DNA from: Planctomycetales bacterium
GTDB taxonomy: Bacteria > 4484-113 > JAFGCY01
NCBI GenBank assembly: GCA_022646745.1
Contig: CP060262.1
Location: 240,001-272,000 of the forward strand
Direction: 5' to 3'
Length of the DNA: 32,000 bases
Shown: in pieces, positions 17,611-26,113 of the stretch
Numbering within the stretch: the stretch's first letter is position 1
Layout of the letters: every line of letters starts with the position of its first letter
Made by a program: the position numbers and the translations under genes
Notes under the pieces: model-generated
What the model saw: only the letters and a program-made list of their open reading frames with translations
What the model was told of the DNA's origin: nothing
The model's database searches: none

Positions 17611-18726
17611 TCAGCTGGACATGCCTGTGAGGAACTGCTCCACAAGGCCGCGCTGCTCCAGCAGCTCGATGATGCCATCGACATCCAGGAGCTCTTGGCT
17701 TTCACTGTCATAGCCGGTGTTCTCCAGCTTCAGCTTGGCCGGGTCAGGCGGGCTGAGCGGCTCGACCATGAAGTGGTCGTCAAACTCAGTGGCATGCAGC
17801 CCTTCCTCAGGTGTCATCAGCGCTTCGCAGAGCTTCTCGCCGGGCAGCAGGCCGATCTCGTTTACGCCGATCGCCTGCGGGTCATGCCCGAAACGCGGGG
17901 CGTAGATCCGGATCAGCGCGTTCACCAGGTCGATGATGCGCATCACAGGCATCTTCAGGATGAAGATCTCACCGGAGCGGGCTGACAGCGAGGCCTTCAG
18001 CGCCAGCTCGACGGCCTGCGGGATGCTCATGAAGAAGCGCCGCATCTGCGGGTGGGTGATCGTCACCGGGCCACCCTGGCGGATCTGCTCGATGAACATC
18101 GGGATCGCGCTGCCGCGGCTGGCCAGCACATTGCCGAAGCGGATCACACCGAAGCGTGTGCGGCGGTCGCCCTTGTACTGGCTGGCGGAGAGGATCATCC
18201 GCTCGGCCAGCAGCTTGGTGGCACCCATCGTGTTGGTCGGGCTGACGGCCTTGTCAGTGCTGATCCCGACGAGCAGTTCCATGTTGTAGTTGAGCGCGGC
18301 CTCGACCAGGTTCTGCGTGCCTAGCACGTTGGTCTTGACCGCCTCGAAGGGGTTGTACTCGCAGATGGCAACGTGCTTCAGCGCCGAGGCGTGGAACACC
18401 ACGTCGACACCCTCGCAGGCGCGCATCAGGCGGTCGCGGTCGCGCACATCGCCGATCAGGTAGCGCAGGTCACCGCGGTCGCCCAGCTCGCGGCGCATGG
18501 CGTACTGGTTGTACTCATTGCGGCTGAGCACACGCACGACCCGCGGCTTGTACCGCAGCACCTGGCTGACGATCTCGCGGCCGATGCTGCCGGTGCCGCC
18601 GGTGACCAGCACCGTGCGGTTGCCAAGCGCTTCCTCCAGCGTGCGCGGGATGCGCATCGGATTGAAGCGTTCGCTGGCCTCCTTGTTGGCGGCCTCAACC
18701 TCACGGATCCTGTCCTCGGGAAGCAT
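17611..18726 (-). CDS. Polysaccharide biosynthesis NAD-dependent dehydratase/epimerase, CapD/PseB (UDP-GlcNAc 4,6-dehydratase) family
   Basis: VLVTGGTGSIGREIV Rossmann motif, IGDVRDRDRL, VFHASALKHVAICEYNPFEAVKTNVLGT, STDKAVSPTNTMGATK, FGNVLASRGS. The start is uncertain: candidates are GTG 18801, ATG 18759, ATG 18726 and ATG 18657. Confidence 0.8.
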   Translation of the reverse strand: MLPEDRIREVEAANKEASERFNPMRIPRTLEEALGNRTVLVTGGTGSIGREIVSQVLRYKPRVVRVLSRNEYNQYAMRRELGDRGDLRYLIGDVRDRDRLMRACEGVDVVFHASALKHVAICEYNPFEAVKTNVLGTQNLVEAALNYNMELLVGISTDKAVSPTNTMGATKLLAERMILSASQYKGDRRTRFGVIRFGNVLASRGSAIPMFIEQIRQGGPVTITHPQMRRFFMSIPQAVELALKASLSARSGEIFILKMPVMRIIDLVNALIRIYAPRFGHDPQAIGVNEIGLLPGEKLCEALMTPEEGLHATEFDDHFMVEPLSPPDPAKLKLENTGYDSESQELLDVDGIIELLEQRGLVEQFLTGMSS

Positions 18727-18887
18727 TGTGCCTAGTTTATCGGCTGTTCCACATTTCATCTGAAGGATCCATGCAGCTGTATGGTGAAAATCCGGTTGCA
18801 CAGTACGGCAGGAACTCCTCCGGATGTGGCAGAACTAATGTGTCGGCAAGCATGGCCCGGCGTTTCATTCGAAGGTTGGATTGCACT

Positions 18888-19220
18888 ATGAGTTTCCCGA
18901 TCGATATCGAACTCCCCAGCGGCTCCAATTCTCTGCTGCGCGAAAGCCTGCTCGAAGGCGAGCACGTGATGCATCGCATCAGCTTCATCCACCCGGCAGG
19001 GATGCAGGAGGTGCAGCGCCAGCTGGTGGTCAAGCTAGGCAGCCGCGGTTACCGGCTGGCGAGCTGCGAAGCTCTGTTCGAGGAGGAGATTGCCGACTGG
19101 ACCGTGTTCGAGAACCCTGGCAGCGACCTGCTCATCGTGTTCACTGAAGATCCCCTGCGCGAAGGTGCCTACCTTCTGCTTTCCTGCCAGCGCCATCCCG
19201 GGGATGGGGTGCTAGAGTAA
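18888..19220 (+). CDS. Hypothetical cytoplasmic protein (110 aa)
   Basis: ORF with GC3-rich codon usage. No signal peptide and no recognised motif. The start is placed at the ATG at 18888 to avoid overlapping the divergent dehydratase gene (alternative start 18852). Confidence 0.45.
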   Translation: MSFPIDIELPSGSNSLLRESLLEGEHVMHRISFIHPAGMQEVQRQLVVKLGSRGYRLASCEALFEEEIADWTVFENPGSDLLIVFTEDPLREGAYLLLSCQRHPGDGVLE

Positions 19221-19256
19221 TGCCATCCTGACTGGCCGCAGAGGCCGGAGAAGAAC

Positions 19257-19664
19257 ATGCGGATCCTTGCTCTGATGGTAATTACGATGCTGGCCTTGGC
19301 TTCATGCCAGCAGGGCGGCGTACCCGTACCGGCCGACTTCCCGGTGAAGCTCACCCTGCCTGCTGGCTCCGAAATCGGCAGCAACCCGGCAGGCGATGCC
19401 GCTGAACAGGCAATTGCAGCGATGAACATGAAGGTCGTGACCTTCACGAGTGATGCAGGCGAGGCAAAGGTCAAGGAACATATCGCCAAGCAGCTCAAGT
19501 CCGAAGGCTTCACCAAGATGATGATCCCCGGCATGGGCGGTTCCCCGCAGGACGCCTACTCCAAGGAAGGCTCGAACATGATGATCAGCATCACCGCTGC
19601 CGGCGGGAACATGTACACGCTGATGTCGATGGAGATGCCGGACCTGTCGAAGTTCCGTCCCTGA
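19257..19664 (+). CDS. Small lipoprotein, unknown function
   Basis: GGAG SD. MRILALMVITMLALASCQQGG carries an L-A-S-C lipobox. Confidence 0.7.
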   Translation: MRILALMVITMLALASCQQGGVPVPADFPVKLTLPAGSEIGSNPAGDAAEQAIAAMNMKVVTFTSDAGEAKVKEHIAKQLKSEGFTKMMIPGMGGSPQDAYSKEGSNMMISITAAGGNMYTLMSMEMPDLSKFRP

Positions 19665-19692
19665 GGCAGCGCCGGTATGCGAAACTGAATGC

Positions 19693-20232
19693 ATGCGACC
19701 CGGCGTCAGTCCAGTTGTGCGATTCAGATCAATAGCAGCAAGCATCCTGATGATGTTGCTCGCGTCCGCCTGCAGCAGGCAGGCTGGTGAGCAGGCCAGC
19801 CCGCTGGCATTCCCCGCAAACTGGCCTGAGCCGGCCATGACGGTGCCTGAAGGCATGGACAGCGCTGAGCTGTTCGCCTCACTGACGCTGGACAGCGATG
19901 ATGGCAGGACCGTGAAGGGCAAGCCGGCGGTCGGCGACTTCGACGGTGAGCTGTGGGCGGTCGGCTTCGCCACTGACGAAAGCTTTGCCAACGTGCTGTC
20001 ATTCTGGGAGGACGAGCTGCGCGCCGCCGGCTACTCCTACGTGGAGAACGACGTGGAAAGTTCCAGCACACGTGCACTGGCCCGCCAGTACGTCAGCCAG
20101 GACCTGCACAGGATCATCGTGATCGTGAAAAGCGAGGGCAAGAGCAAGGAAAGCGGCCGCACGCGCGGCGTCGTCAAGCTAAGCGTCTGCGCCGAGGACA
20201 TCCCGCTGGAGGGCATGCTCCGCCGGCTCTGA
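19693..20232 (+). CDS. Small lipoprotein, unknown function; distant paralog of the preceding gene
   Basis: Signal peptide ending in LLASACS. It shares a layout with 19257..19664: FPxxxxxP after the Cys, then an xF(A/T)(T/S)D..(A/F)..V......L...G(F/Y) core. The 3' end overlaps the convergent NeuB-like gene by 54 nt. Confidence 0.6.
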   Translation: MRPGVSPVVRFRSIAASILMMLLASACSRQAGEQASPLAFPANWPEPAMTVPEGMDSAELFASLTLDSDDGRTVKGKPAVGDFDGELWAVGFATDESFANVLSFWEDELRAAGYSYVENDVESSSTRALARQYVSQDLHRIIVIVKSEGKSKESGRTRGVVKLSVCAEDIPLEGMLRRL

Positions 20233-21240
20233 ACCGGCCTCACCTTCCATCATATGGAAGTCCGCCGACTTGACCTGCGCGCCATTGCGCACTGACATCC
20301 GCAGTTCACGCCCCAGCAGCTGCATCGCCGCCTGCGGGGCCAGCCCGGTACCGGGACGCAGGAACTTCAGGTCCTGCTCACACAGCACATGCCCCGCCCC
20401 GAGGTCACAGGCATAGAAGGCACTGCGCCGGGCAATGCCGGCGATCTGCTCCTCGCTTTCCTGCATCTGCTTGACGCGGCGGCCCATTGCCTGCTCAATC
20501 GCGCGGATGCCCTGCACGAGATCAGTCAGCTCTTCGGGACTGCAGGAACCCGGGATATCCGGCCCAGCGACGCTCTTGTCCAGGCAGAAGTGCTTCTCGA
20601 TCACACTGGCGCCCATCCCGACGGCCGCGAAGCAACACCAGTTGCCGATGCTGTGGTCGGAGAAGCCGACGTCGCAGCCGACCTCGTCGGAGATCGCCAG
20701 CATGCTGCGCAGGTTGACCTGCGGGTAGGGCGTCGGGTACTGCGTGGTGCACTGCAGCATCACGACCTGCGGACAGCCATGCTCGATCGCCGTCTCGTAG
20801 GCCCGCCAGACCTCATCCATGCTGCCCATCCCTGTGCTGATGTACATCGGCTTGCGCCGGGAGGCAATCGCCGCGATGAAGGGCAGGTTCGTCAGGTCGC
20901 AGCTGGCGACCTTGTAGGCCGGCACGTGCAGTTCCTCCAGCAGTGCCAGCATGTCCGTGTCAAACGGGGTGGAGAGGAAGACGATGCCTTCGCTGCGGCA
21001 CAGCTCATTCAGTTCCGCGTGCTCGCGGCGACCGAGTTCGTACTTTGAAAAGAAGGCATGCTGGTCCGCCGCCAGTGAGTCGTGGGCCAGCCCGGATGCG
21101 GTGAAGCTCTGGAACTTGACCGCATTCGCCCCGGCTGCGGCCGCGATGCGGACCATCTCCGCCGCCACCCGCATGTCGCCACCGTGGTTGATTCCCGCCT
21201 CGGCAATGATGTAAACCGGCCTGTGGTTGTCAATCACCAT
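20179..21240 (-). CDS. NeuB-family nonulosonic acid synthase (N-acetylneuraminate / pseudaminate / legionaminate synthase type)
   Basis: YIIAEAGINHGGDMRVAAEMVRIAAAAGANAVKFQSF N-terminal motif, TIM-barrel region, and a C-terminal SAF-like domain (FLRPGTGLAP...). 353 aa. I cannot assign sugar specificity by eye. Confidence 0.82.
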   Translation of the reverse strand: MVIDNHRPVYIIAEAGINHGGDMRVAAEMVRIAAAAGANAVKFQSFTASGLAHDSLAADQHAFFSKYELGRREHAELNELCRSEGIVFLSTPFDTDMLALLEELHVPAYKVASCDLTNLPFIAAIASRRKPMYISTGMGSMDEVWRAYETAIEHGCPQVVMLQCTTQYPTPYPQVNLRSMLAISDEVGCDVGFSDHSIGNWCCFAAVGMGASVIEKHFCLDKSVAGPDIPGSCSPEELTDLVQGIRAIEQAMGRRVKQMQESEEQIAGIARRSAFYACDLGAGHVLCEQDLKFLRPGTGLAPQAAMQLLGRELRMSVRNGAQVKSADFHMMEGEAGSEPAEHALQRDVLGADA

Positions 21241-21336
21241 GCTGCTTCGCTCCTCATCGTGGATTATATCGGCGGGGGGCGGCCCGGGTGAGCATTAACG
21301 GGCGGTCAAATTGAGGTTGAAAGGCCGTGAATGTAC

Positions 21337-21365
21337 TTACATTGGAACTGAATGATGGTTATATT
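21337..21365 (+). promoter_or_regulatory. Candidate sigma-70-type promoter TTACAT-N17-TATATT upstream of flgB
   Basis: The hexamers and 17-nt spacer were counted directly. They sit in a conspicuously AT-rich patch of the divergent intergenic region, 64 nt upstream of the flgB ATG. I found no sigma-54 or sigma-28 consensus here. Confidence 0.3.
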
Positions 21366-21428
21366 CTGCGCAACGGAGAATTCCGCAAAGGAAACCCGGC
21401 CTGAAAAGAACGGCCGGTGGGGAGAAAT

Positions 21429-21815
21429 ATGCTGGATGCACTGCACAGGGATGTGACCTGGGCCACGCTCGAACAGGGCATGCGCGGACTGAGCCGGCGC
21501 GAGCAGGCGATTGCCGTGAATGTCGACAACGTCAACACTCCCGGCTACAAGCGCCATGAGATTGACTTCAAGACCGGGCTGAGGGAAGCGCTGGCCGGCA
21601 GTGGCAACCGCACCCAGCTCAGTTCGCAGCTGCGCGGCTCGGAATCACGCGAGTTCGTGATTGACACCGAAAGCTTCAACAATGACCTGAACGGCGTTGA
21701 CATTGAGCACGAGATGAAGCTGCTGGCCGAAACAAGCATCGACCGCGCCACCAACTACTCGCTGATGCAGAAGAAGCTGCGCACCTACAAGATGGTCATG
21801 CGGGACGGGAGGTAA
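21429..21815 (+). CDS. flgB: Flagellar basal-body rod protein FlgB
   Basis: NVDNVNTPGYKRHEIDF rod-protein motif. GGGGAG SD upstream of the ATG at 21429; the ORF-track GTG at 21417 is less likely. Followed by flgC. Confidence 0.85.
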   Translation: MLDALHRDVTWATLEQGMRGLSRREQAIAVNVDNVNTPGYKRHEIDFKTGLREALAGSGNRTQLSSQLRGSESREFVIDTESFNNDLNGVDIEHEMKLLAETSIDRATNYSLMQKKLRTYKMVMRDGR

Positions 21816-21818
21816 GCG

Positions 21819-22226
21819 ATGGACCGGTTCAGCACCCTTGACGCCGCCGCGAGCGGCATGAGCGCCAACCGCATGTGGCTGGACATCATCGCCGCCAACA
21901 TGGCGAATGCCCAGACCAGCGTCGACCCCGGCGAGGACGGCTACCGCGCCCAGCGCCCGATCTTCCAGGCGATGGTCGACGAGGAGATGAAGGTGCGCGG
22001 CGTGACGATCGACCGCTTCGAGCAAAGCCAGGAGGACTGCCGCCAGGAGTACATCCCGGGGCACAAGCAGGCTGACGAGAACGGGATGGTCACCTTTTCC
22101 AACGTGAACGTGATGCATGAGATGGCGGACATGCTCGTGGCCCAGCGCGCCTTTGAGGCCAACGCCACGGTGTTCGAGTCCGCCAAGGACGGCGCGATGC
22201 GCCTGATACAGCTGCTGCAGGCCTAG
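21819..22226 (+). CDS. flgC: Flagellar basal-body rod protein FlgC
   Basis: MDRFSTLDAAASGMSANRMWLDIIAANMANAQT N-terminus, C-terminal MADMLVAQRAFEAN motif, GGGAGG SD. Confidence 0.92.
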   Translation: MDRFSTLDAAASGMSANRMWLDIIAANMANAQTSVDPGEDGYRAQRPIFQAMVDEEMKVRGVTIDRFEQSQEDCRQEYIPGHKQADENGMVTFSNVNVMHEMADMLVAQRAFEANATVFESAKDGAMRLIQLLQA

Positions 22227-22255
22227 TCCTGTAATCTGGCAACGGGGAGAATGGC

Positions 22256-22555
22256 ATGAATGAACTGGTTACCTGGCAGGGCACGGGCAATGCGCTGAAG
22301 CAGGCCAAGGCGGCGAGTGAGCCCGTCGCCGACGGCGGTGTGGACTTCGGCGCGACCATCAAGCGCCACCTGGCGGAGCTGCGCGACACATACAACCAGG
22401 CTGAGGAGGCCCAGCGGCTCTGGCAGGTCGGCGAACTCGACACGGAGACCGCCGTGATGCTTGTCAACAAGGCTGACCTGGCCCTGACCTACACCATGGA
22501 ACTACGCAACAAGATGCTGGAGGCATACCAGGAAATCAGCCGGATGCAGATCTGA
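22256..22555 (+). CDS. fliE: Flagellar hook-basal body complex protein FliE
   Basis: 99 aa. C-terminus LRNKMLEAYQEISRMQI is typical of FliE. Lies between flgC and fliF. Confidence 0.88.
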   Translation: MNELVTWQGTGNALKQAKAASEPVADGGVDFGATIKRHLAELRDTYNQAEEAQRLWQVGELDTETAVMLVNKADLALTYTMELRNKMLEAYQEISRMQI

Positions 22556-22628
22556 ACTGGCTGCCGCGGGGCTGCGGCACAGGCGGCATGAACTGCCGCC
22601 AAGGCACGGGAGATAAGGCGGAAGAGCA

Positions 22629-24215
22629 ATGGAAAACGTGATGCAGATGCTGAGGGACTTCCTTGGCAGGATGACACCGACACAACGGATAGTGCTGGGA
22701 GTGGTGCCGCTGCTGGTGATTGTCATCGGCGCTGTGCTGATCTACCGCGTGGTCGGCACGCCGCGGCAGAGCTTCCTGCTGTTCGCGGATACGGACCAGG
22801 CGGAGGCCGTCGAGGTGATGCAGTCGCTGGACGCCGACGGGGTGGAGTACATCGTCAGGCAGGACGGCGAGGAGATGAAGAGCTCCATCTACGTCTACGT
22901 CGACGACATTGCCAAGGTGGACATGATGCGCATGCGCTACCACAACATGCTGCCCCACGGCTACGACCTGTTTGACAAGAACACGATGGGCCGGACCGAC
23001 CGCATGCTCGAGATCGACATCCAGCGCGCGATGATCGGGGAGCTGGAGCGCACACTGTCCGTGATCAGCGGGGTGCAGAAGGCGCAGGTCTCGATCGACC
23101 GCGAGGGCGGCACGAGCTTCCTCGACTACTCCGAGGCCACCGCTGGCATCAACCTGGTGATGCGCCCCGGGGCAACGCTCGGCCGCGACCAGGTGCTGGG
23201 TATCGCCGACTTCGTGCAGAGTGCAGTGCTGCACCTGCCGCGCGAGAACATCACGATCATCGACCAGAACGGCCTGAACCTGCTTGACAAGGTTGACAGC
23301 ACGATCGGCAACGAGACCGAGCTGGTGCGAGAGCAGCAGAAACTTGCACACCAGCTCGAGCGCAACAAGGAACTGAAGCTGGAGGAGCACCTGCAGGGCA
23401 TCTACGGCCGCAATGTCAGTGCATCCGTCAGCGTCGAGCTGGACTTTGACAAGATCAACGAAGTGGCAACGAAGTACGAGACACCAGTTGAAGGCTCAGA
23501 AGAGGGCCTCATTTCTGATTACACTGAGGAGCGAAACTATGAAAAGGGCATTTCTCTTTCCGCGGGTGGCTCGCCTGGGGTCGAATCGAATGATCCCGGC
23601 TACCCTGCTTACAATGCGGACCCGAATGCCAGCGAGAAGCGTGCTGACAAGCTGGTGCAGAACTACAAGATCAATGAGCTCAAGCGAGATTACAACGTCG
23701 CACAGGGCAGCATAAGGCGCATGACGGCATCCGTCACCATCAACATGGATGCCAAGGACTGGAGCGAGGACCAGGAGGAGGAGATCCGCCAGCTGGTGGC
23801 CGGCGTGATCGGCAGTGACTTCGCCCGCGGGGACACGATCTCGATCACTGCCATCAACCGCGGCGTGTTCGCGGAAGGCAAGGTCTCGCAGCAGGTGGCC
23901 AGCAGCCAGCGCACGCAGAACATGAACCGCATCATCGGCTGGCTGATCGCCGTGCTGATGCTCGGCCTGATGTTCAGCATGGTGCGCGGGATGGTGGCTG
24001 CCTACCTGCCGAAGGACCCCGGCCTGATGCTCGCCACGGAGCCGCAGGTGCCGGGCGGCGAAGGAGCCTCGGACCGCGAGAACTACGTGCTGCGCAAGCT
24101 TGACGACCTCGACAGCAACAAGCAGGACCTGATGCGCGAGGAAATCGGCCGCATGATTGAAAACCGCCCTGACCAGGTGGTCGCACTGATCCGTACCTGG
24201 ATCATGGAGGACTGA
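22629..24215 (+). CDS. fliF: Flagellar M-ring protein FliF
   Basis: 528 aa. N-terminal TM (VVPLLVIVIGAVLIY), a periplasmic ring-building domain, a second TM (IIGWLIAVLMLGLMF) and a C-terminal FliG-binding tail (VVALIRTWIMED). Confidence 0.92.
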   Translation: MENVMQMLRDFLGRMTPTQRIVLGVVPLLVIVIGAVLIYRVVGTPRQSFLLFADTDQAEAVEVMQSLDADGVEYIVRQDGEEMKSSIYVYVDDIAKVDMMRMRYHNMLPHGYDLFDKNTMGRTDRMLEIDIQRAMIGELERTLSVISGVQKAQVSIDREGGTSFLDYSEATAGINLVMRPGATLGRDQVLGIADFVQSAVLHLPRENITIIDQNGLNLLDKVDSTIGNETELVREQQKLAHQLERNKELKLEEHLQGIYGRNVSASVSVELDFDKINEVATKYETPVEGSEEGLISDYTEERNYEKGISLSAGGSPGVESNDPGYPAYNADPNASEKRADKLVQNYKINELKRDYNVAQGSIRRMTASVTINMDAKDWSEDQEEEIRQLVAGVIGSDFARGDTISITAINRGVFAEGKVSQQVASSQRTQNMNRIIGWLIAVLMLGLMFSMVRGMVAAYLPKDPGLMLATEPQVPGGEGASDRENYVLRKLDDLDSNKQDLMREEIGRMIENRPDQVVALIRTWIMED

Positions 24216-25237
24216 TGACTGCCGACAGAGCCATATCGGTATCGGAACTCAACGGCAAGCAGAAGGTTGCCATCCTCGTGATCGCGCTCGGGCAGGAGAA
24301 CAGCGTCAAGCTGCTGCGCCTGCTGGGCGAGGAGGAGATCGAGGAGATCACGCTTGAGATCGCCAACTTCAAGAAGATCAGCCCGGACATGCAGGAGGAG
24401 ATCCTGCAGGAGTTCTACAACCTGGCAATCGCCCAGGAGTACATCATGTCCGGCGGCGTGGACTACGCCCGCACGATCCTGAATGACGCGGTCGGCAGCA
24501 ACAAGGCGGATGAGATCATCGGCAGGCTCTCGAGCTTCCTGCGCGTCTCCCCCTTCGACTTCCTCAAGCATACCGACCCCAAGCAGCTGCTGACCTTCAT
24601 CTCGAATGAGCACCCGCAGACCATCTCACTGATCCTCTCCTACCTGGAGCCTTCCGACGCAGCCCCCGTGCTCGGCGGCCTGGCCCCCGAGGTGCAGGTG
24701 GACGTGGCACGCCGGCTTGCCAACATGGACCGCTGCAGCCCGGAGGTGATCCGCGAGGTGGAACGGATCCTCGAGCAGAAGATCAGCTCCGTGATGACGA
24801 CTGACATCCAGCAGACCGGCGGCGTGAAGTCGCTGGTCGAGGTGCTGAACCTGGTTGACCGTTCAACCGAGAAGGCGATCATGGAGAGCCTCGAGGACAG
24901 CGAACCGGAACTTGCCGACGAGGTCAAGCGCCTGATGTTCGTGTTCGAGGACATCAAGATGCTCGACGACCGTGCGATCCAGGCGGTGCTTGGGCAGACC
25001 GACAAGAAGGACCTGGCGCTGGCTCTCAAGAGCGTCGCCGAGGATGTGCGCATGAAGTGCATGAAGAACATGTCCCAGCGCGCAGCCCAGGCCCTTACCG
25101 AGGAAATGGAATTCATGGGCCCCGTGCGCCTCAAGGACGTGGAGGATGCCCAGCAGCGCATCGTGGCGGTGATCAGGCGCCTGGAGGAATCCGGCGAGAT
25201 CATCATCGACCGCGGTGGCGAGAACGCAATGATCTGA
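24215..25237 (+). CDS. fliG: Flagellar motor switch protein FliG
   Basis: The ATG overlaps the fliF stop (TGATG). GKQKVAILVIALG, MFVFEDI and QRAAQALTEEMEFMGPVRLKDVE motifs. 340 aa. Confidence 0.93.
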   Translation: MTADRAISVSELNGKQKVAILVIALGQENSVKLLRLLGEEEIEEITLEIANFKKISPDMQEEILQEFYNLAIAQEYIMSGGVDYARTILNDAVGSNKADEIIGRLSSFLRVSPFDFLKHTDPKQLLTFISNEHPQTISLILSYLEPSDAAPVLGGLAPEVQVDVARRLANMDRCSPEVIREVERILEQKISSVMTTDIQQTGGVKSLVEVLNLVDRSTEKAIMESLEDSEPELADEVKRLMFVFEDIKMLDDRAIQAVLGQTDKKDLALALKSVAEDVRMKCMKNMSQRAAQALTEEMEFMGPVRLKDVEDAQQRIVAVIRRLEESGEIIIDRGGENAMI

Positions 25238-25261
25238 TGAGCCTGCCTGAAGCAGCCTGAC

Positions 25262-26113
25262 ATGGAAAGCACACACTGGGAACAGCAGGAGAAGGTGGTC
25301 CTCAAGGGGGAGAAGCTGCGCAAGGGCAGCCCGCTTGTGATCACCGGCCGGGACAGCGAGCAGCGTCGCCGCAGCGAGGCGGAGGACCTGCGCAGCAAGT
25401 TCGAGCAGCCGCTGCGTGATTCCCGTGAACAGGAACAGGCTGCCGGCGTGCTTGGCCAGGCGGAGGAACAGGCCCGCAAGCTGCTGGAACTGACCAGGCA
25501 GCAGGCCCAGCAGCTGATGGCGGAAGCCCGCCTCGAGGTCCAGCAGCTGCGGGAGCAGGCCGAGGCCGAGGCGCAGCAGCTGCGCGAGTCCATCGAGCCA
25601 GCGGTCCGTGCCGAACTGGAGGAGCAGTACCGCAAGCGCTTCGCCGATGCACTGGCTTCCGTTGGCATGGCCGCTGATGCACTGGAGCAGGGCCGCAACG
25701 AACTGCTGGCCTCGCTGGAACTGCCCGCCTTCGAGATGGTGAGCTTCATAACGCAGCGCCTGCTGATGGCGGAGATGGACCGCAGCCCGCAGTACCTGAT
25801 CGGCCTGATCCGCAATGGGCTGGCCCTGCTCAGTGAGGGCCGCGATGTCAGCCTGCGGCTCAGTCCGCAGACTGTTGCCATGATCGAGGCAGACCCGCAG
25901 CTGTCCGCCGCTGTCAACTCCGGCCGCAAGCGCGGACAGTCACTATCGATCGAGGCCGACACCAACCTCAGTGGCAACGCGTTCCGGCTGCTGACGGACG
26001 GCGGCGAGGTCGCGTTTGACCTTGACGAGACTCTCGGGCGGCTGGACCAGCTGCTGTCCCGCCAGCTGTTCCCGGCCCAGCTTGGCAGCGAACTGGATGA
26101 TGGCAATGGCTGA
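25262..26113 (+). CDS. fliH: Flagellar assembly protein FliH
   Basis: Lies between fliG and fliI. E/Q/A-rich coiled-coil N-terminal half and a globular C-terminal half. 283 aa. The exact start is uncertain. Confidence 0.75.
   Translation: MESTHWEQQEKVVLKGEKLRKGSPLVITGRDSEQRRRSEAEDLRSKFEQPLRDSREQEQAAGVLGQAEEQARKLLELTRQQAQQLMAEARLEVQQLREQAEAEAQQLRESIEPAVRAELEEQYRKRFADALASVGMAADALEQGRNELLASLELPAFEMVSFITQRLLMAEMDRSPQYLIGLIRNGLALLSEGRDVSLRLSPQTVAMIEADPQLSAAVNSGRKRGQSLSIEADTNLSGNAFRLLTDGGEVAFDLDETLGRLDQLLSRQLFPAQLGSELDDGNG

Noticed and set aside
26016-26105. N-terminal 30-aa extension of FliI in the track (MTLTRLSGGWTSCC...).
   Set aside because: It overlaps the conserved 3' end of fliH in another frame. 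FliI homology begins near MADRG, and ATG codons at 26097-26106 give the usual stop/start overlap.
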